Shown here one piece after another: positions 1 to 9,180 of a stretch of 64,000 nucleotides of DNA. The stretch comes from a virus, in IMG/VR virus record IMGVR_UViG_3300030693_000012; one strand, written 5' to 3'. Each line of letters opens with the position of its first letter. Position 1 is the first letter of the stretch. Made by a program: the position numbers and the translations under genes. The notes below the pieces were generated by a model. The model saw nothing but the letters and a program-made list of their open reading frames with translations, was not told the origin of the DNA and ran no database searches.

Positions 1-799
1 AAAGAGCTCGAAGACCATCCTGAAGTCCTAAAAGCGTGCTCCCCACGACACATCTGCAATTTGGCCCTTGGCCGGCATGATAAAACTGCGGCGCTCCTCC
101 TTTGCCCACGCCCGCTGCAGGTGGTTCGTTCCATCGAATAAACTTTCCCTCAAGGGCGCGGTGCTGCGATCGAACATCACTGTCTTGAACCGTGCGCCAA
201 AAATAGCCATCTGAGCCGATATGCCGGGCGCGCGTCTCCGTGAGCAGCGAGGCCGTGCGGGCTACCTCAGTCCGGGCAATCAGGCGCGCGCGGTTGACGC
301 TGACCTTCCCGGAGTCAAGGATATCGCGCATGACGTCCTCGGCTCGCCGGCCTGAAACGATGGCTTCGCGGGTGAGCTGGTGGACGCGGGCGCCAGCCTC
401 AGCCGGGAGTGAGGTGATGAGCGTGACCTGCTCGGCCTGAAGCATCTTGAGGGTGCCGCCGATGGGGGCGGATTCGATGAGGCGGTGGAGGTTGGATCCG
501 ATCGACCGGCTCATGACCGTCCAGGCGTTCTTGTCCAGCACAGCGACTCGCGCTTGCATCTTCGCGGCCACCGCCGCAGCCCAAGGGCCCAGGAGGATGG
601 AGTAGGAGTCCATGGCCTCAGTGAGCGCGGGAAGGTCGGTCACACGCCCAGCGTCGATGAAGCCCTTGATGATGACGCCAATCTGGCGACCGACGGCGGA
701 GAGCTGGGTCTGGAACTCACGCTCGACGATGCGCGACCTCGAGAACTGGAGGCGGGCATTGCGCCGCGCGAGGGCGGCTTGCTGGCGTGCGGTCGGCAT
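1..799 (-). CDS. Phage head morphogenesis protein (MuF/SPP1 gp7 family), runs off the window edge, probable intein start
   Basis: Manual translation (absent from ORF track because there is no stop in the window): ATG at 799, ...RARLIARTEVAR...YFWRTVQDSDVRSQHRALEGKFIRWNEPP...HAGQGPNCRC; directly downstream of the portal gene. Confidence 0.9.
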   Translation of the reverse strand, partial: MPTARQQAALARRNARLQFSRSRIVEREFQTQLSAVGRQIGVIIKGFIDAGRVTDLPALTEAMDSYSILLGPWAAAVAAKMQARVAVLDKNAWTVMSRSIGSNLHRLIESAPIGGTLKMLQAEQVTLITSLPAEAGARVHQLTREAIVSGRRAEDVMRDILDSGKVSVNRARLIARTEVARTASLLTETRARHIGSDGYFWRTVQDSDVRSQHRALEGKFIRWNEPPAAGVGKGGAPQFYHAGQGPNCRCVVGSTLLGLQDGLRAL

Positions 800-913
800 C
801 TAGGCCTTCGGCTTGCGGTGGATTACGATGGTGCGCTTACCCACCTTGATCGTCTCGGCTTCTCGCCGAGTACTCGCATCGGCAACTGGTTTCTTCTTGC
901 TGCATTCGCACAT
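800..913 (-). CDS. Small basic hypothetical protein (37 aa)
   Basis: Manual translation MCECSKKKPVADASTRREAETIKVGKRTIVIHRKPKA; fills the gap before MuF. Confidence 0.35.
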   Translation of the reverse strand: MCECSKKKPVADASTRREAETIKVGKRTIVIHRKPKA

Positions 914-918
914 GGCGG

Positions 919-1179
919 TCACCCCTTGAACTTGACTCCGATAACTCGATAGCTCCTGTATACCACGCCCGCGTTCTCATCCTCGACGGGCGGGTTGGCT
1001 ATGCACTCATCGCAGTCACGTTGGGGCCGCGGATTGCTCTGGCTTTTGGGGATGCGGACGAATAGCCGACCGCACCCTTCGCAGGTCTTGATCTCCCGCG
1101 ACTGGCTGGGAGCTTCCGGCGGTGGGGCGGGTGGCGCGTTGTGGAAGATGAGACGACTGCTAATGCAAGCCTTCCTCAC
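919..1179 (-). CDS. Small zinc-finger-like hypothetical protein
   Basis: CEGC...CDEC motifs; overlaps the portal stop codon. Confidence 0.5.
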   Translation of the reverse strand: MRKACISSRLIFHNAPPAPPPEAPSQSREIKTCEGCGRLFVRIPKSQSNPRPQRDCDECIANPPVEDENAGVVYRSYRVIGVKFKG

Positions 1180-2717
1180 TTCTTCGCGCCTCCTGCTACG
1201 GCCGGATTGGCCGCTGGATCGGGTTCAATCGGGTCGCCATGGTTCACCTCGGCAACCGCGACCTTCTCCGGCGTCGGCGCCAGCATCAACGCCTCTGCCT
1301 CGGCGATGTCCTCGTCGCGGATGTTCGTTCCACGCCCAGTGACCTGGGAGGACTGCTTCATCTCGCGCAGGGCGATGGGCGGCGTGTAGACTCCCGCCTC
1401 CATAAGGCTGACGACGGTCTGAGCATCTTTCGCGGCAACCTCGGACTTCTCGATCTCGTCGAGCTGCCAGAGTGGCCGGAACTTGATGCCCCAACCCTTC
1501 GGGAGCGTGATCCCCTCAGAGAGCGCGATCGCACGATACACGTTCGTCATGGGCTGCAGAAGGTGAAGCATCTGCTGCTGGAAGATCGTGTCGTAGTAGA
1601 GGCGCATGTCGGAGTCGCCAGTGGAGTTGAGGCCGGCGGGTGACTGGCCGAAGAGGCGCACCAGCGGAATCCCGAGCGCGCCGCTGATCTGCTGCCCGAA
1701 ATGGATGAGGGCTTCAGCCAGGCCAGAGAACGCGGTCGCTCCATGCTCTGTGTACTCATCCTCGCCGTCCAGGAGAGTGATGCCCTCGGAGACTTGGAAC
1801 ATCCGCATCCACTCGACGAACTTGGCGACGCCGTTCATCGACGAGCCACCTTCAGCGATGATGCCGCGGAGGCCCGGAATCTTGATCACCCGGAGATAGG
1901 CCTTATAGACGAGCTGGGCAGCGCCTAGCGTTGCCGAGTCGAAGGCAACCATCCGGTCGTAGATGCGCTCATAAACAGAAGTCGTCCACAGGTTCTCCAT
2001 GAGGCGTTGCTGGTACGGGATGTCGGTCCCTTCCATCCGGATCACTCGCGAATAGTGAACCTTTTGGAGCCTCAGAGCAGGAGCGTTCGATCCGATGGTG
2101 TAGAACTTTGGCTGGCCTAGATGCGGCCCTTCCTCGGTGACGAGATCGTTGAGGGAGGGCTCCACCATCCACCGATCCACCACCAGCAGTCCCTTGTACT
2201 GATCCTTCCCGATTGCTGTCGGATCCCACGGTGTCGAATAGTTCTGGCCCTTCACCAGATTGATCCCCAGGCCGCCGCCGTATAGCCGGCCCCACTTGAC
2301 CGCGCTGTTCACCTTGCCCCAGACGTTCAGGCGGGTTGCTGCCTCTTCCAGCTTCTCAGCCTCGGCTGGCTTCAGCTCGCCCTTGAACTCCACCCCGGCG
2401 CGCGTCATGTCGTCCGCGATAATATCCACAGCCAGGCCAGCAATAAAGTTGCCACGGTGCATCCACTCCAGCATCGTCCGGTCGCGCGTGATGGGGTTGA
2501 ACCCATAGTTCGCCGCGCTGCTGACGTTGTTGGTGCCGATCCCCGTCTGGGTCGCGAAGTTCTGAAAGCTGTCCTTTGCACCGGTTTTCGCGGTTTTCGC
2601 CCGGTCCTTGACAACTTTCTTCTCCGCCGCCTTCGCCGAGCGCGCTGCGCCAGCCACACTTACTTTACCCACAGGGTCCGCCTCACTATTGGAGCAACAA
2701 TGTGAGGACGTTACCAC
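1176..2717 (-). CDS. Portal protein (DUF1073-like); true start may be about 45 nt downstream
   Basis: 513 aa; motifs LAVDIIADDM, WGRLYGG, GALGIPLVRLFGQSPAGLNSTGDSD, FRPLWQ; lies between terminase and MuF. Confidence 0.9.
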   Translation of the reverse strand: MVTSSHCCSNSEADPVGKVSVAGAARSAKAAEKKVVKDRAKTAKTGAKDSFQNFATQTGIGTNNVSSAANYGFNPITRDRTMLEWMHRGNFIAGLAVDIIADDMTRAGVEFKGELKPAEAEKLEEAATRLNVWGKVNSAVKWGRLYGGGLGINLVKGQNYSTPWDPTAIGKDQYKGLLVVDRWMVEPSLNDLVTEEGPHLGQPKFYTIGSNAPALRLQKVHYSRVIRMEGTDIPYQQRLMENLWTTSVYERIYDRMVAFDSATLGAAQLVYKAYLRVIKIPGLRGIIAEGGSSMNGVAKFVEWMRMFQVSEGITLLDGEDEYTEHGATAFSGLAEALIHFGQQISGALGIPLVRLFGQSPAGLNSTGDSDMRLYYDTIFQQQMLHLLQPMTNVYRAIALSEGITLPKGWGIKFRPLWQLDEIEKSEVAAKDAQTVVSLMEAGVYTPPIALREMKQSSQVTGRGTNIRDEDIAEAEALMLAPTPEKVAVAEVNHGDPIEPDPAANPAVAGGAKK

Positions 2718-2815
2718 GCGAATCCAGAGAGTACACCCTACCTTTGCCCATAGGAATAGAAAAGGTCACCCGTAGGTGACCTCTCCCAGCTCTGGCAATT
2801 TCCGCCGTCCCCCTT

Positions 2816-3142
2816 TCAATGCGACCGGATTGACTCCACGTAAAACCCTGAGCGCCCATCGAGTTGCCCGTACTGGACGCGCGCGCCGCTCTCCACCTCG
2901 GCAATCTGGTAGTACCCATCCTTCACCGCCGGGCACACGAACACGAGGTCTTTGGCCTTGCGAGCTCCCTCGATCTCCCCAGGCGTGAACAGCTCCATGC
3001 CGCGCTCATTCGAGAGGACGATCTTCACCGCTCCAATGGGCAGCTTGCCACGGTAGGCATAGGTGATGGTCTGGCCGGGGTGGAAGGTGTCACCGATCCA
3101 CGGGTGCGGGATGAACAAGGCGAAGAGCAGGGCAAGGATCAT
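2816..3142 (-). CDS. Hypothetical protein with hydrophobic N-terminus (possibly exported)
   Basis: MILALLFALFIPHPW start; 108 aa. Confidence 0.55.
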   Translation of the reverse strand: MILALLFALFIPHPWIGDTFHPGQTITYAYRGKLPIGAVKIVLSNERGMELFTPGEIEGARKAKDLVFVCPAVKDGYYQIAEVESGARVQYGQLDGRSGFYVESIRSH

Positions 3143-3301
3143 TCGGTCCTCCGATCGTGATGATGTGGCGCTGATGGTCGCGGGGATAGCCAGGCGCGGG
3201 ACGGAGCGGGCGGACTGGGCTGTAGTGCAGGACTATCTGCCGGATGGCAATGTGGTCCTCGACGGTGAGCTGGCGCGGGAGCTGGATGGAGGGTCGGTCG
3301 G

Positions 3302-3787
3302 TCATTGACCCCAGCCTATCAGAACCCCGAGGATCGGCTGGTAGCCCGAGCCGCCAGAGACGGAGGACTTCAGCATGCGGATAGTGGGCATGCAGTACCA
3401 GTTCGTCTTGCGGATTTGAATGGGAGCGCCCAGGCCGGTCGTCCATGCCCAGCCGGTGTTCGTCCCGGTGAGGGAGATGCCGGCGGCTGAGGGAACGAAG
3501 ATGGGCACGCCAGCGATGGTCACGATCTTCTGGGCTACGCCGATGCCGATGTTGGTCGAGACGAGGAAGGGAGCAACGGTCTCAGGGACAGCGTCGACCA
3601 TGGTGAAGGCGTAAGTACCGGTCGCGGCCACGCGATGGGCGTACAGAGCGGAGCCAGCAAACGCGGGAGAGGCAGCAGGGCTCCAGGAGCCACCGGCCAG
3701 ATACAGGCTCGTCACCTGCGCGCGGAGCAGAACCGTGAACAGGATGCAAAAGATGAACGGAATCAATCTGGTGAGAAATTTAGCCAT
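3302..3787 (-). CDS. Exported beta-strand-rich protein (possible small outer-membrane barrel)
   Basis: Signal peptide MAKFLTRLIPFIFCILFTVLLRA|Q; alternating hydrophobic strands; ends LIGWGQ. Confidence 0.65.
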   Translation of the reverse strand: MAKFLTRLIPFIFCILFTVLLRAQVTSLYLAGGSWSPAASPAFAGSALYAHRVAATGTYAFTMVDAVPETVAPFLVSTNIGIGVAQKIVTIAGVPIFVPSAAGISLTGTNTGWAWTTGLGAPIQIRKTNWYCMPTIRMLKSSVSGGSGYQPILGVLIGWGQ

Positions 3788-3800
3788 GGATGTCGCCCAG

Positions 3801-3838
3801 AAAAATCGCTCCCCGCACCTCGCCAGAAGCAGGGGAGC
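3801..3838 (-). terminator. Putative intrinsic terminator downstream of terL
   Basis: GCTCCCC/GGGGAGC stem followed by GATTTTT on the minus strand. Confidence 0.5.
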
Positions 3839-3890
3839 AGTTGCATGTCGAATGCTGGAAACACCATACCATGGGGTCAAAATCAGGGAG

Positions 3891-5324
3891 TCACAAACCG
3901 GTTTGTCCAAGCTTCGCCCACACCGCGCTCGATCCCCGGCGCTTGATGAGGCCGTCGAGCATGTAGCGCACCGCATCCGGGACGTGGTTGTTCTTGTCGA
4001 TGATGTCTGGCAGGATCTCGCTGGTCACCCGGTCCTCCGCATACCGATACAGGCCGAACTCCTCCGCCGCGTGAGGGCAGTTCGTCTTGTGAATGTGGAT
4101 CATAATGAAGCCGCGCAGGTGAGCGATGCCGTCCTCGACCGAGCCAGACCACTTCTCGGCCGCCGTGATGTTGATGCCCTTGTTCTTGACGTAGCTGATG
4201 AGCTCTGGCCGGGCAGAGTCAGCCTTCACCGGCCACTGGCGGTAGGTCGGAACCTTCTCGAAGGCGAACTTGTGGCCGCCAGGCAGCGTGTCGCCCGGCT
4301 TCGGCGCCACCATCTCGTTGATCTCGACGCCCACTCCCCAGCTCTCCGCATCCAGCCAGAGGTGTTCGCCAGCCATGCACTCTTTCCCGCCATAGATTCC
4401 GGCGCTCTCGGTCGTCACATAGCCGCGGATCATCACCAGGGGATCGTTGCTGAAGCCCCAGTCGACGCCATGGTAGAAGCGGGGCTTGTCGGGACTGGCG
4501 AAGTTCTCCAGCACATACTTGTGGCGGAAGATGACGGCGTGAGCGTGCTGCTTGATCTTGCCGTCCCACACATGCTCGGCGCTCTCTGGGTCAGTCGCGA
4601 AGAGATGGTCCTTGGCCGCCAGCAGCTCCTTGCTGATCCAGTGGTTCTCCCGCCAGTTCAGCTCCACCCTGACGCAATCGTCGGGCGGCGCGACGTGGAA
4701 CTTCTGGTATGTGGCGTCGTCCTCATTGCAGAGGTTGTACGTGATCCAGATTTCGGAGCCAGCCTTGCGAATGGTGGGGATGAGGACTTCCCAGGTGTCC
4801 TTGCCGATCGACTCCGCCTCTTCCACCCAGCAGATATCGACGCCCTCGAAGCTCTTGATCTTGGTGCGATTGCTTTTCTGCCCCAGGTCGCCCAGCCCCA
4901 TGAATAGGAACTCGGAGCCATTCGAGGAGTAGATGTGGCCCTTGGTGACTTTGAACCACGGCTCGAGACCGAGCGACTTGATCTGGTCGTGCAGGAGCTT
5001 GTGCACCGAGTCGGCGATGGAGGTCTGGTACTCGCGGGCGCAGAGAATCCGAACCTTCTTCTGCAGGCTTAGGACGATGAGCGCGCGGGCGACGGCCCAC
5101 GACTTCATCCCACCGCGGCCGCCCTCCATCACCTTGAAGCGGTGGGGGACGAACAGGAATTCGAACTTCTCATGGAAGTGGAGCGTCCACTGGCCTTCGT
5201 TCGGGATGGCGAAGCCGCCGTAGTGGAGCAGAACGTCGGTCCGCTTCACATATCCGCCGGCACGCTGGAAGGCCCCACTGACGTCAAGCGGCTTCGGCTG
5301 CTCCTCTGGGCTATCTGGGATCAC
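3891..5324 (-). CDS. terL: Terminase large subunit (PBSX-type)
   Basis: Walker A GGRGGMKS, Walker B WVEEAE, nuclease motifs GVDWGFSND and NNHVPDAVRY. Confidence 0.95.
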   Translation of the reverse strand: MIPDSPEEQPKPLDVSGAFQRAGGYVKRTDVLLHYGGFAIPNEGQWTLHFHEKFEFLFVPHRFKVMEGGRGGMKSWAVARALIVLSLQKKVRILCAREYQTSIADSVHKLLHDQIKSLGLEPWFKVTKGHIYSSNGSEFLFMGLGDLGQKSNRTKIKSFEGVDICWVEEAESIGKDTWEVLIPTIRKAGSEIWITYNLCNEDDATYQKFHVAPPDDCVRVELNWRENHWISKELLAAKDHLFATDPESAEHVWDGKIKQHAHAVIFRHKYVLENFASPDKPRFYHGVDWGFSNDPLVMIRGYVTTESAGIYGGKECMAGEHLWLDAESWGVGVEINEMVAPKPGDTLPGGHKFAFEKVPTYRQWPVKADSARPELISYVKNKGINITAAEKWSGSVEDGIAHLRGFIMIHIHKTNCPHAAEEFGLYRYAEDRVTSEILPDIIDKNNHVPDAVRYMLDGLIKRRGSSAVWAKLGQTGL

Positions 5325-5764
5325 TTAGCCCTCACCGCTTCGAAGTGGAAGACAATCACCGTCTTCGTCTGGGTGATGAGGCCGAACCGCTCGGCAATGC
5401 GGACGGACGGATGATCCCGGCGCAGACCGTCAACCATGCGCTCAAGGCAGTCGCGCCAGACTTCCAGCGGGGTGCAGCCCTTGTTGATGTTGCAGGACCG
5501 GCACGCCGGCACGAGGTTGGCGAAGTTCTCGCGCTCAGGATGGTCGCAGCGCCCAGTCTGGATATAGCCGTAGGTGGTGCGCCCGTCTTCCAGCTCCTTC
5601 TTCTTACCCTCGCGGATGATCGGCTCGACGTGATCGGCGTGCCAGCCAGGCAGCAGTTCGCACCCGCAGTAGGCGCAGCAGCCATCGAACATCGAGAACA
5701 GGATGGCCCGCTGGCCCTTCGTCAGCTTCACTTGGTCCTCAGCAGCGCCAGGCGCGCCTTCCAC
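5321..5764 (-). CDS. HNH endonuclease adjacent to terminase
   Basis: CAYCG...HADHVEP...NLVPACRSCNINKG. Confidence 0.9.
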   Translation of the reverse strand: MEGAPGAAEDQVKLTKGQRAILFSMFDGCCAYCGCELLPGWHADHVEPIIREGKKKELEDGRTTYGYIQTGRCDHPERENFANLVPACRSCNINKGCTPLEVWRDCLERMVDGLRRDHPSVRIAERFGLITQTKTVIVFHFEAVRAK

Positions 5765-6000
5765 GTTTCCTGCCCATATCCGTGGACGCGGCCGCCGCCG
5801 ATCTCATCGAGGCAGCAGGTGTCGATATCCCAATACCGGCCGATCCCCTCATCCAGCTTCTCGATCGCTTCGAGGGCGGCCAGCTCGTCATGAAAAACGC
5901 CGATCACTGAGGTCTCAGTCACGGGCAGCGGTGGCATGTCCGTCGTCACCAGCCCGCGGCTCACTACCCAGAGCGTGATGACCGGCCAGGGGTCAGGCAT
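5728..6000 (-). CDS. Hypothetical protein
   Basis: ORF overlapping both neighbours in a contiguous operon. Confidence 0.4.
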   Translation of the reverse strand: MPDPWPVITLWVVSRGLVTTDMPPLPVTETSVIGVFHDELAALEAIEKLDEGIGRYWDIDTCCLDEIGGGRVHGYGQETWKARLALLRTK

Positions 6001-6658
6001 TATGCACCGTTGCTCCTCGCGCCCGCCGCTCCTCTACCATCTCGCGGATCATGATAGTCGGGAAATTACCGGCACAGACTTCGCAGACCGGAATCCGCTT
6101 GTCCCCGTGGGTTTCCGGCGCGAGCGTCCAGGCCTTCAAATCCAGAGCGCGATAGCAGACCTCGCAGATCGGGACGCGGTACTCGTAGGGGTCCATCGCA
6201 CGCTCGAAGCCGGCGGGAGGATGAACCACCGCCCCCAGCGCCGCCGCATGCGCCAGGGTTAGCGCCTCTAGCGTCTCCACCCTCTTCCGCAGGTCGAGGT
6301 CGAGGTCAGCCAGGCGAGAGGCGCGCATGGCTTCAGGTCCGCCCAGCGGTTTCGCCGGCTCCAACCACTCGCAGTGATGGATGAAGAGATTAGCCACCAT
6401 CACCATAGGGTTGAGGTCGCGCGGCGGCTGAGAGGCAGCGCCAAAGACAGCGCCACAGACGCACTCGATGGTTGGGCCATGGATCGAACCCCAATCCCTC
6501 ACGCGATGGTCGCCACTGAAACCAGCGGGAAACCATTCTTTACTGAACGCGCCTTTGCCGTATCCCAGCATGCTCATCGCAACCCCCACTGCCGCGCCAG
6601 CCACAGGATGTCCCATACCAGCGCGGCCATCGTCGCGAGCGACCAGAGGGCCGCCCAC
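5993..6658 (-). CDS. Hypothetical protein with Cys pairs (start uncertain)
   Basis: CVCG, CEVC and CEVC motifs. Confidence 0.45.
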   Translation of the reverse strand: MGGPLVARDDGRAGMGHPVAGAAVGVAMSMLGYGKGAFSKEWFPAGFSGDHRVRDWGSIHGPTIECVCGAVFGAASQPPRDLNPMVMVANLFIHHCEWLEPAKPLGGPEAMRASRLADLDLDLRKRVETLEALTLAHAAALGAVVHPPAGFERAMDPYEYRVPICEVCYRALDLKAWTLAPETHGDKRIPVCEVCAGNFPTIMIREMVEERRARGATVHNA

Positions 6659-6680
6659 ACGTCTTTGAATGAATACTGCT

Positions 6681-7289
6681 TCATATCACTACCGTCGCTT
6701 CCGGCCAGTCGGCCTTGAACTCGTCCACCCGGTCCTTCGGGATGTAGCCGATCGTCTCACCCAGGCGCACGCAGACCATATCGTCCGGCGCTCCTCCGAT
6801 GAATTTGATCGTGAACCTTGGCACGTCCTCGCGCTCCTGAAGCGCCAGCTCCTCCGCCGAGACGGCCCGCGCCCGCTGCTCCATCTCCATCCCCATCCGG
6901 GCCACCGCCACAGCCTGCCCCACTGGAAGCTTCTTGATCTCCTCCGCGCTCATAGACATGAACCGAGCAGCCGCGCGCGCCGTCATGTTCATCCCCTGCC
7001 GCGCCTGCCGCTCCCGCATTTCAGCCGTTCCCACCACCACGCGGTTCGTGATCTCACGAGCCATCATCCGGTCATACGCCAGGATCCGGTACTGCCAGCG
7101 GTCGCGCGCGCTGAACTTCTCCATTAGTTGCCGTGACTTGCCGCCCGGGTATTCAGGGCTAACCAACAGCTCCCCCACCTTAGCAAGCGAGCGGGTGGCC
7201 CCCATTTCGAGGTAAGCGGTGAAAGCCTCGTAGGCTTCTTGGCTCTCTCCGTCTTGGCGTTCCCACGGCTTTGCTTCCTCTGAGGACAT
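6681..7289 (-). CDS. terS: Probable terminase small subunit
   Basis: N-terminal KPWERQDGESQEAYEAFTAYLEMGATRSLAKV HTH-like motif typical of small terminases; upstream of terL. Confidence 0.65.
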   Translation of the reverse strand: MSSEEAKPWERQDGESQEAYEAFTAYLEMGATRSLAKVGELLVSPEYPGGKSRQLMEKFSARDRWQYRILAYDRMMAREITNRVVVGTAEMRERQARQGMNMTARAAARFMSMSAEEIKKLPVGQAVAVARMGMEMEQRARAVSAEELALQEREDVPRFTIKFIGGAPDDMVCVRLGETIGYIPKDRVDEFKADWPEATVVI

Positions 7290-7334
7290 GAGAGCGAGGA
7301 TGCCACAGGTGGGGGGTAGGGTGCAAGAGTTATT

Positions 7335-7348
7335 CCCTACCGGTAGGG
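7335..7348. promoter_or_regulatory. 14-bp palindrome CCCTACCGGTAGGG upstream of terS
   Basis: Perfect palindrome in the intergenic region; GTAGGGTG is also repeated at 7316 and 7343. Confidence 0.4.
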
Positions 7349-7433
7349 TGGGCGGTATCTTCTGGTGAATTTGCGGCAGGTGATGAGGCCGATTCCATAG
7401 GCGCCGGAGCTACGCGCATGTGAGGCTTGAGCT

Positions 7434-7736
7434 TCAACGGCCACCCCTCATCAACTCCTCGAAGGTGCGGGACTTCTTCTTGCGGGGATTCCAGGTGCAG
7501 GGCCAGATGATTTGCCCACCGTTACGGTCGGCATAGCGAGTGAAGACGTCGATGGTGCGCTGCTCCAGCTCTCCCAGGCGAACGGCCAAAACGGTGAAGC
7601 GCAGCCCTGCGTTCGGGTCGCGCCGCTTCACGGGCTTCACTCCCACCACAAGGTACTGGCTCTTGGGGAACTCCAGCAGGTCTCCTCGCTTTGGTGCGGT
7701 GTCTGGGCTGTGCCAGTCCATCGTGAGCCTAGCCAT
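7434..7736 (-). CDS. Hypothetical protein
   Basis: 100-aa ORF overlapping the upstream ORF end. Confidence 0.55.
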   Translation of the reverse strand: MARLTMDWHSPDTAPKRGDLLEFPKSQYLVVGVKPVKRRDPNAGLRFTVLAVRLGELEQRTIDVFTRYADRNGGQIIWPCTWNPRKKKSRTFEELMRGGR

Positions 7737-8216
7737 TGATCTCCGGATTCAGCCGCGGAACGAGCCGGGCGATGGATGGAGCTGGACGCTGGAACTCCCG
7801 CTTGGCGAGGATGCGCTCCTGCTCTTTGCGGCGGCGGAGCCGTTCAGCCAAAGCGGTGTAGACGCCATAAGCGTTCGCAGCCCGTCGATCGAGGGTGAGA
7901 TAGGTCTTCTGCGCCTTGGCGACCATCTCCTCTAGCTGAGTAGTAGTCCTCTTAGCCACGGGTGTAAGCCCTGCCCAGCTTGCGGTGACGGCGGCGAAGG
8001 CGCCAGGCGAGCACCTTCCGAGCGAGGACTTGCTTGAGTCCGACCGGCGGCGCGAGGTCAGCGACCATGGCCTCATCGCACCAGATCGATGCGGTGTCCG
8101 ATACCACCTCGAAGACGCCATCCTCGTTCGGCGGGAGCGCGATGCCCACCATACCGAAGAAGCCGGCGGCGTTCTTGTTGGGGATCGAGACGATTTGGAC
8201 GAAGCGGTCCTTCGGG

Positions 8217-8666
8217 TTAGGAGCGAGAAAGGTGTTCAAGGTGAATCCTCCGTCTTCGATTTGAGATGGGTCGCGGCCAGGCTGGGGACAGAAGATCCCG
8301 CAGTGGTGTCCGAGAGGCTGCTTGCATCGCTGGCACTTCGTTCGATAGTCGATCGCGGTCTCCGATCCGTATTGAGAGGCTTGCATCTGATTCTCCGGGC
8401 ATGCGGCATAGGGCGTAGATTGCGGCGAATTTGTCGAGCTGACTGCTCGGAATCCAGATCTGATCGGGAATTGCTTCATAGTTCGCCCACGTCCCGGTCA
8501 GCGCGGCGCTCACGTCGTACATGATCTCGGCGGGGGTCTTACTCCTCCAGAGACCGCCGGGCGTGCTCTGCGTCCAGCCGCCAGCGGGCGCGAGGAAGTG
8601 AACCGGGTTGGTGGTGGCCGCGACAGCGCCGGCTGCGAACATCTTGAGGAAACCACGACGATTCAT
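8217..8666 (-). CDS. Tat-signal protein containing a major-capsid-like segment
   Basis: MNRRGFLKMFAAGAVAA twin-arginine motif; residues 40-76 align with this phage's capsid protein. Confidence 0.65.
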   Translation of the reverse strand: MNRRGFLKMFAAGAVAATTNPVHFLAPAGGWTQSTPGGLWRSKTPAEIMYDVSAALTGTWANYEAIPDQIWIPSSQLDKFAAIYALCRMPGESDASLSIRIGDRDRLSNEVPAMQAASRTPLRDLLSPAWPRPISNRRRRIHLEHLSRS

Positions 8667-8757
8667 GGACGCCAGCCTCTCGGAGTGCGCTTCAGCGCCA
8701 GGAAGCGCGTCGTGAAGAAGCCACGATGAAACCGGCCACGAAATCGGAACTTGTCTC

Positions 8758-9180
8758 TCATGCCGCCAACCTCATCGCTATCTTGGACCTCTGCTCAGGA
8801 GTGAAACGCTGAAGGATGATTCTTACACGAAAGTCGTCGTCGCACTCCCACGGCCCACGATTTACCCCTTGGCGAGCGCCCTGCTTATCCAGCAGCTCCC
8901 CGCAAACGAGTCCCGACTGGTAGGGGCTTCCGAGGATGATGGTGAGCTGGAGCCGCGCGCGAAGCGACTGGTCGGACTCGAGGCCAACATCGCCCACCGG
9001 CTCTCTCCGGCGAATCCCATGAGCCGCCGCCAACTCGTCTAGCTGGCGGCCAGCGGCTCCCTGCCACCGCGGCTCCGCCTTGACGGCGACGCAGTGACAC
9101 GACCCTCCGCAGGTGCCGCAGAGCTCGATCAATTCCGGCTCGCTTTCTCGGCGGCCTGCACGCGACGGCACGCGGGGCAC
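8758..9180 (-). CDS. Hypothetical protein with two LDxxAxxxGxxRxxxExD repeats
   Basis: LDELAAAHGIRRRE...ESDQSLRARL and LLDKQGARQGVNRGPWECDDDFRVRI. Confidence 0.55.
   Translation of the reverse strand: MPRVPSRAGRRESEPELIELCGTCGGSCHCVAVKAEPRWQGAAGRQLDELAAAHGIRRREPVGDVGLESDQSLRARLQLTIILGSPYQSGLVCGELLDKQGARQGVNRGPWECDDDFRVRIILQRFTPEQRSKIAMRLAA

Noticed and set aside
1176-2717. Anti-CBASS nuclease (Acb1) label sometimes attached to DUF1073 proteins
   Set aside because: Size, motifs and position between terminase and MuF indicate a portal; no 2H-phosphoesterase motifs were seen.
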